Shown piece by piece: positions 56,213 through 64,000 of a DNA stretch of 64,000 nucleotides. The notes beneath the pieces are model-generated. The model did not search any database. It saw nothing but the letters and a program-made list of their open reading frames with translations, and had not been told where the DNA came from. The position numbers were made by a program, and so were the translations under genes. Position 1 is the stretch's first letter; the number at the start of each line of letters is the position of its first letter. The stretch is from Eledone cirrhosa (lineage: Eukaryota), in contig OZ024752.1 in the NCBI GenBank assembly GCA_964016885.1, positions 45,198,001 to 45,262,000 on the forward strand. Reading direction: 5' to 3'.

Positions 56213-56850
56213 CATCATCATCATCATCATCATTTTACGTCCACTTTTCCCTGCTTGCAAGGGTGGGACGGGAACTGATTCTGGCTTGATTTCTACAGCT
56301 GGATGCCCTTCCTAACACCAACCTCATTTACAGTGAGTGATGGGTGCTTTTTTGCCGTGGCGCCTCCACGACCACTTTGCAGTGGAATGATAGGGACCCC
56401 AGTCCCTATCATCTCATTTCTACAGCTGAGTAAACTGGAGCAATGTGAAATAAAGTGTCTTGCTCAAGGAAACAACACATCACCTGGTCTGAGAATTGAA
56501 CTTTCGATTGCAAGGCCAATGCTCTAACCACTAACCCATGTGCCTCTCTCTCTCTCTCTCTCTCTATAGGCAGCTAGGTATATATACACAGTTCTAAAGT
56601 CTAAAGTCTGTTTTAAGCCAGAAGGCTCACTTGGTATGTTGGGTTCTTGAGCAAAACACTTCATTTCACGTTGCTCCAGTATACTCAGCTGAAAATGAGT
56701 ACCAGTAATAGCTGGGGGTTTAATCCTGAGATGGACTGGCTTCCTGTCCAGGGGGGAGCCTTGTGCTCTCAGTCACTTCACGCCATGAAACTGGGAGAAG
56801 CACCGGTCAAATGACCCTTCTGGCTTAAGACAGACTTTAGACTTTTTAGG
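56213..56850. mobile_element. SINE cluster (C then B on the minus strand; B body on the plus strand)
   Basis: 56213-56433 duplicates 4058-4280. 56435-56545 is a tRNA head on the minus strand. 56640-56850 has TTGAGCAAAACACTT...ACTCAGCTGAAAATGAGTACC...GATGGACTGGCTTCCTGTCCAGGG. Confidence 0.7.
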
Positions 56851-56919
56851 CTAATATATATATATATGTATGTATATATGTATATATATATATACACATA
56901 TACATATATATATATACAC

Positions 56920-56957
<38 letters not shown>

Positions 56958-57045
56958 GATGATGATGATATACCTTACTGTCTATCTATCTACCTTTGTC
57001 TCTGTGTGTCTATTTGTCTGTCTGACCTAAAACAATCTATTTATA

Positions 57046-57079
<34 letters not shown>

Positions 57080-57239
57080 ACGGACAGATCAATGTTTTTA
57101 TTGTCTAAACTCTTATACATACATATGCCTGTATAAATATATGTTTAGTGTGTGCTGATTAGTGTGAAGTTCTCTCTTTCTTTCTCTCTTTCTCTCTCTC
57201 TTTCTTTCTCTCTTTCTCTCTCTCTCTCTTTCTCTATTT

Positions 57240-57270
<31 letters not shown>

Positions 57271-57428
57271 CTCTTTCTTTCTCTCTCTCTTTCTTTCTCT
57301 CTCATTGTAGTCTCTTCTCTTCAGGCTTTTAAGGCATCCTTAATCTTTTCAAGTTTTTGAAAACAAAAAAATATCCTTTATCCCACCTCCCTCCCCATAT
57401 ATCAGGTTTCATATCGAGATATATAAAG

Positions 57429-57474
<46 letters not shown>

Positions 57475-58449
57475 ATATAGTAATCTAAAGCCAGAGAGAT
57501 AGATCGATGAAGAGAAGAGTTGTAATGTTTACACTGACATCATTTATTGTTAGCTTATGCACACTTGTGACTTCCTGATGTACAATAGGGTCATCACATG
57601 ACAATTATGTTTTATTATAAAGATATATATTAATATATATATATATATATAGGATAACAAGTTATCGTTTTAGGTAATCCAGTTAGAGGTTGTGACCACT
57701 CTGTACTACAGCGTTATTTTGTATGTCCGGCAATGATTTGATCAGAGGTAAACACTGTATTTAAGGTCGAGTGACGCAACTTCGAGTGATCAGCGGCCTT
57801 TAGACTCACCTGATCAATGAAACAATTGTTAATACTGTAAATAAAACCCTTTTTGTACAGCAGACCATGTTATTCTTCACTCTTTCACTATATATATATA
57901 TCATCATCATCATCATTTTACATCTGCTCTTCCCTGCTTGCAAGGGTGGGACGGGCCTTATTCAGCACAGCTTCTCTCCACTTGTCACGGTCCTTCGTCA
58001 TCTCCATCGTGAGCTTCAGCAATATATATAAAAAACAACAACAAAAAAAAACAAATAAAAAACAACAAAAAAAACAACAAAAAAAAAACAAATAAATAAA
58101 TAAATAAACAGACTAAATAAAGATGGCGTAAGCATACAATGCAACAGGAGGAAACATAATAGCACCACTGACGATGTTGCAGATGTGCAACGAAAGAACT
58201 TTGATAGACTATATATATGTGTTTGTGTCTATATTGTATCTGTATTTTTGACCGTTGGTCAGTCAATGGCAACATTGAGGACCGAATAAATTAAATTAAA
58301 TTAACCGATATAAAAGACACAGAAGCGAAAACCAACCAAACAGTGAGTGTGTTCTGTTATTAATGCTGGCAATATTACACAAATATGACCCTCCCCAAGT
58401 ATAACAATATTTGTTTCGACACACGATTGCATATAAAAACCTCGCAAAA

Positions 58450-58484
<35 letters not shown>

Positions 58485-58519
58485 CAAAATATTAACAAAT
58501 GAAGATATTCACATAATCT

Positions 58520-58595
58520 TCATATTTTCTTTATTATATATATTTCGAAGGTACTGTGTTGTTTTTTCAGTACGTCCTCGTCAGATAAAATATGA
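58520..58595 (-). ncRNA. Minimal type-I hammerhead motif
   Basis: TCATATTTTAT-CTGACGA-GGAcGTACTG..CAGTACcTTC-GAAA-TATATA-TA-ATAAAgaAAATATGA; same family as 41743. Confidence 0.78.
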
Positions 58596-58675
58596 TTTTA
58601 TATATGAGATACTACTATGGTCTTGATATTTCAATTCCTGTATTGGCAGTGATTTATTTCATCAAATCTCATATA

Positions 58676-58737
<62 letters not shown>

Positions 58738-59149
58738 GTGTGTGTGTGTGGGTGATTATACTCCAATTGTAACCTAGTAGTTCAACAACAAGGTCTTGAT
58801 AAAATATGAGATTTTCAAAAGAAGTACTGGTAGAAATCTCACTGTGACCTCCTACATTGGTGGGTGATGGTCTTAATCCTGTCCTCAAAATTAACTCCAT
58901 TATTACCACCGGATCCTTCCTCGGGTCCCTTTAGTAGAATTCATTCTGTTGCAGTTATTCATAGCAGGTCTCTAGTTTAAGAATATCTTAAAGGATATCC
59001 ATCCAGAATTCTCTCACCCCTTTCTGTTTAAACTCGTCGTAATTGGCTGCTAATACAGATGTTAAGGTATTATTCTCAAAATAAATAATAACAAAATCTC
59101 ATACATTCGATATTATGTGAGATAATTATCAGAGGTAAAGTCTTTACCA

Positions 59150-60040
59150 TGAAACTACAAAAGTAAATATAGAGTAATGTAAATGTTATGTGAGGTAAAG
59201 CCTTTACTGTGAAAATACAATAGTATATATAGAGTAATGTAAATGCTATGTGAGATATTATGTGAGGTAAAGCCTTTACTGTGAAAATACAATAGTATAT
59301 ATAGAGTAATGTAAACGCTATGTGTGATATTATATGAGGTAAAGCCTTTACTGTGAAAATACAATAGTATATATAGAGTAATGTAAATGTTGTGTGAGAT
59401 ATTATGTGAGGTAAAACCTTTACTGTGAAAATACAATAGTATATATAGAGTAATGTAAATGTTGTGTGAGATATTATGTGAGGTAAAACCTTTACTGTGA
59501 AAATACAATAGTATATATAGAGTAATGTAAATGCTATGTGTGATATTATATGAGGTAAAGCCTTTACTGTGAAAATACAATAGTATATATAGAGTAATGT
59601 AAATGTTGTGTGAGATATTATGTGAGGTAAAACCTTTACTGTGAAAATACAATAGTATATATAGAGTATTGTAAATGCTATGTGTGATATTATATGAGGT
59701 AAAGCCTTTACTGTGAAAATACAATAGTATATATAGAGTAATGTAAATGTTGTGTGAGATATTATGTGAGGTAAAGCCTTTACTGTGAAAATACAATAGT
59801 ATATATAGAGTAATGTAAATGTTGTGTGAGATATTATGTGAGGTAAAACCTTTACTGTGAAAATACAATAGTATATATAGAGTAAAGTAAATGCTATGTG
59901 AGATATTATGTGAGGTAAAGCCTTTACTGTGACAATATAATAGTATATATAGAGTAATGTAAATGTTATGTGAGATATTATGGGAGGTAAAGCCTTTACT
60001 GTGACAATACAATAGTATATATAGAGTAATGTAAATGGTA
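59150..60040 (+). repeat. 72-bp minisatellite, ~12 copies, inside a second copy of the piggyBac-type MITE (58995-60049)
   Basis: 72-bp period (59264 to 59336). The upstream flank matches 3430-3620 and it ends AAAAGAGTTAA. Confidence 0.92.
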
Positions 60041-61529
60041 AAGAGTTAATGCCGCCATCTCACCAATGTCAGAGGTACATGTCATTGGCAATCACCTTCC
60101 AGTATTGACTAAACAGTAAAAGAAAAAAAAATGTCTAACATTCAAACTGGTGTTCAACCATAATGTCACCCACGACTGCCATAACAGCCTTCTTCTTTCT
60201 AAATTACTGAATGTTTAGACTTCTCTTTCCACATTATATAACATATACAATGCTTCAAGCAAGCTACAACATTTTATTATTAAATATTAAAATATAGAAA
60301 TAAAACGTAGATAACATAAACATATAAAATATATATTTCAAATTTCCAAAATATGTCTACATCATAATTCCCCCTCTCTACCCACACACGCATGTATATG
60401 TTTGTATATCATGACTCATACACTGTTCACTTTCCCGACATTTGTACATTATTCTATATATTATACATGCACCTTTGATGAGTGCACCTGAGCACTGTAC
60501 ACAATAATTTTCATTATTATTACAATGCTGATGGTGAATATGATGGCAAAAACATTGCTGCGTAGAACACCTAGCTATATCTGCAACATCAGCCATTCCA
60601 CCTCGTGGGGCTTCTTCTTCTGGTATGATATCTTGTTTTGGATTTGATAATGATAATAATAATGAAAATGATTGTGTACAGTGCTCAGGTGCACTACAAC
60701 TCATCAAAGGTGTATGTATAGTACATAGAATAATGTACAAATGTCAGGGAAGTAAACAGTGTATGAGTCATGATATACACACAGACACATACATGTGTAT
60801 GTATAGGGAGGGGAATATCAGGTGTAGTGTTGGTGAATTTCGGGAAGCATGGAGGTTTGAGAGAAGGAAAATGGCAGTCCAAGGACCCAGGACACTGGAG
60901 ATCCTGAGGACAACTGACTAAAAAAAAAAAAAAAAAAAAAAAGGAAAAAAATTAGTCAATGCCTAGTACTTAGTCATATCTTTCCATATCTCCTTCCACA
61001 CATCTCCTTCCACACATCTTCCACACATCTTCTTCTGTGGTAGTCCAATGACTGACGACACCGGAAGTCTCAATAGTGGTTGTGAGAACTACTGAAGTGG
61101 ATGGAACGAGAAGACTGTTGAATAAAAGAGTGAATAAGTGATTCAGGTGAACGAAATATTTCAGATGATGTTATATGGATAATGGTAGGAGGTTTTGACT
61201 GGAACAGACTGTGGATGTCTGCTAGAAAGGAATATTATAGATGACAGATTGAAGAACTGTGTCTGTGAATGACAGAAGAAGAGAACATTAATGAAGGTGA
61301 ATACTGAATATATTTTAGCTTAAAATATATGAGAGGAGACAAACAATGGTTTCTAACTTAAGCACAAGGCCAGAAATGCAGAGGAGGTGAAAATCAATTA
61401 TATCATACTCAGTATATCACTGGTACTACATTATTTTATCAACTTTAGAAGGATAAAAGGCAAAGATGACTTCAACAGGATGATAATGATGATGGTTGTG
61501 ATGATAATAATAATAATGATGATTTCTAG

Positions 61530-61875
61530 ATCAGGCACAAGGCCAACAATTTGGGGAGAGGGGGAAAGTCAATTAAATCGACCCAGTGTATTACTGGTAC
61601 TTTATTTTATCGATCCCGTAAGGATGAAAGGTAAAGTTAACCTCAGCAGGATTTGAACTGAGAATGTAAAGGGCCGTAACTATACGCCACAAAGCATGTT
61701 GTCGACGCTCTTCCGATATTGCCAATCCACCACCCTGATCATAATAATAATAATAATAATTGTTTCTAATTTTGGCACAAGGCCAGCAATTATCCAAGTA
61801 CATTACTGGTACTTTATTTCATCGACATTGTAAGGGTGAGAGGCAAAGTTAACCTCAGAGGGATTTGAATTCAGA
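61530..61875 (-). mobile_element. Two SINE family A copies
   Basis: GGCACAAGGCCA...CTGGTACTTTATTT...GGATTTGAA(C/T)T. Confidence 0.75.
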
Positions 61876-62356
61876 CCATTTCTTTATTAGCCACACAAAG
61901 GTCACATTAAGAAAATATTAATGATGGTACATGTTTGTGCATCATCAGCCACAGCATTCCGTCCTCTACGCAGTAGATGTTGACAGTAAATGGACCGCCT
62001 GTCCAGTGGAACTTGTTCCTTACGCAGTACATAAACTACAAAATAACACCTAGTTAGGATCATGCCTTGGACCCAATGATATGAGATAAGAGATTCAAAG
62101 CATAGATGTTATGTTGAGGACATCAGGCTCTGTAATATATCTACTGTTTCTATATATATCTAGGGCAGGTAAAATTCCCGAGGTCCATGGACGAGTTCTC
62201 TCCAGCGGTCTCGGTCCCTCATCAGCGCTGCCATGTCCTGCGTCTCCAAGAGACCAGTGTCTGTCCTTAGGGCATCAATATATGACGACCTTGGTCTCCT
62301 TCTTCCAGGAGGTCCCTGGTTGTTGGTGAACATGTCCAGCTAACCACAGTCTCCTG

Positions 62357-62410
<54 letters not shown>

Positions 62411-62554
62411 CCCTCCCCCTCTCTCCCTATCCCCCCCTCTCTCTCAAGAGAGAGAGAGAGAGATGACCACATGAATAGACCTGTTTTTTCTCTAAAAATA
62501 TTTTGCCACTGCCCATCTCCTCAATCTTTCAATTTCTTCATTAATTTCTCATTC

Positions 62555-62595
62555 TATTTTCTGATGAAGGACAAGTATCCGAAACATTGAGACCC
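62555..62595 (+). ncRNA. Hammerhead-like motif (cleavage site and stem I unclear)
   Basis: CTGATGA-a-GGA caagta TCC-GAAA-CATTG. Confidence 0.3.
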
Positions 62596-62685
62596 TTTTC
62601 CTACTATATCAAGCATAAAACTAATAATATATTTCTTCATTGTACTGTGTCGTTAGGTTTGTTATTTCTGTTTGCCTTTTGCATT

Positions 62686-62779
<94 letters not shown>

Positions 62780-62950
62780 ACAAGCTGTTGAAACAGCAAG
62801 AGCTCAGTCATCGGAGTCCAGACTCTTTACAATATAACCCTACTCTACTACTCCAAGTATTGAGTATTCTGCTGAGTAATGGTCTAACCAGTTTTTTACT
62901 GTATCCATCTTGATCTATATATATATACACATATATATATACATATATAC

Positions 62951-62983
<33 letters not shown>

Positions 62984-62984
62984 C

Positions 62985-63025
<41 letters not shown>

Positions 63026-63052
63026 TATATATATACACATATATATATATAT

Positions 63053-63096
<44 letters not shown>

Positions 63097-63113
63097 AACA
63101 ACACAATATATAA

Positions 63114-63186
63114 CTACTCCATTACCAAAGGTTTCAGGAAGCTAGGCAATATTAACATACGTCTAGTTCGCTCATCAGATGAATAG
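63114..63186 (-). ncRNA. Type-I hammerhead motif within an inverted repeat (63096-63253)
   Basis: CTATTCAT-CTGATGA-GcGAA CTAG...CTAG cTTCcT-GAAA-CCTTTGG-TA-ATGGAgTAG; same family as 34153. Confidence 0.72.
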
Positions 63187-63326
63187 ACATATGTTAATAT
63201 TGTCCAGCGTCCTGAAACCTTTGGTAATGGAGTAGTTATATATTGTGTTGTTTACTTTCTAATGAAATAGCTCTGTTCTATACATAGAGTACTCTTTTTT
63301 CCTTTGCTTTTTCTTCGGAAATATGT

Positions 63327-63374
<48 letters not shown>

Positions 63375-63428
63375 TAAAAAAATAATGAATAAAACAAAGA
63401 AACAGTTCCTTATATTAAACAAAAAAAG

Positions 63429-63573
63429 TTCATTATTTTACGATCGTTTCTAGGACATATATGTGTTAGAATTGGCATGCATATTCAAAAGATCTATGTA
63501 CAAAATTATACAAACTATCAAGGAGAATATACATACCATCACATATATATATGCTGTCTTCAGAAATAATGAA
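63429..63573 (-). ncRNA. Minimal hammerhead motif with ~105-nt stem II insertion
   Basis: TTCATTATTT-CTGAAGA-(CATATA..TGTG/CACATATATG)-GAAA-CGATCG-TA-AAATAATGAA gives a perfect 10-bp stem I. The sister copy at 39320-39456 has CTAAAGA. Confidence 0.72.
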
Positions 63574-63700
63574 GTATATTTATTGATAATAACAACAATT
63601 CAAAATTACAGGTCTGTTTGGGAACAGATTTTAAATAGACCAATGAAATACATAAAATTCATCAAGAAAATACAGTTATATATCTATATATATATATATA

Positions 63701-63943
63701 TATTTATTAAAATAACAGATTAAAGTTTAAGCAAAGAATCGCTGCTTTCACCCTTAACGGAATCTTCTGAAACTAAATTTTTTTTAGTTTCAGAAGATCC
63801 CGTTAAGGGTGAAAGCAGCGATTCTTTGCTTAAACTTTAATCTGTTATTTTAATAAATATTTGGTCTAAGGTTCTTATATATTTGATATATATTGATCCT
63901 TATCGAGCCCCCTTTGGATTTTAGTCTTCACATTTATTATTAT

Positions 63944-63947
<4 letters not shown>
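63701..63947. mobile_element. Family H fold-back element in (TA)n
   Basis: ~80-bp arms at 63701-63859 plus a tail; near-identical to 55259-55480. Confidence 0.7.
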
Positions 63948-63980
<33 letters not shown>

Positions 63981-64000
63981 TGTAATAAACAACATAAGAT

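Overview
This is eukaryotic, very repeat-rich DNA, most likely from an octopod cephalopod. That assignment is an inference from the SINE families, the huge (TA)n tracts and the channel sequence. The only host coding sequence I can support is the large first coding exon of a Shal/Kv4 (KCND-type) voltage-gated K+ channel (11626-12731, +), which ends at a GT donor inside the TLG|YG selectivity-filter codons. I found no downstream exon, so the rest of the window is probably intron 1, with a 200-N scaffold gap at 34264-34463. Almost all other predicted ORFs are microsatellite translation artefacts. The non-coding DNA holds a ~9 kb (TA)n/(TATG)n tract, minisatellites born from transposon pieces, tRNA-derived SINEs, decayed CR1-like, RTE-like, CRE-like and R4-like non-LTR fragments, and a piggyBac-type MITE. 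The main hidden signal is a dense set of minimal type-I hammerhead ribozyme motifs (stem I-CUGANGA-stem II-GAAA-palindromic loop-UH-stem I'). About 10 have both core boxes intact and several more are decayed. They belong to several unrelated sequence families, usually sit next to (TA)n and often lie in long inverted repeats. This matches Penelope-like element pseudo-LTR relics; several are on the sense strand of the presumed Kv4 intron. All structures were folded by eye and none was tested computationally.
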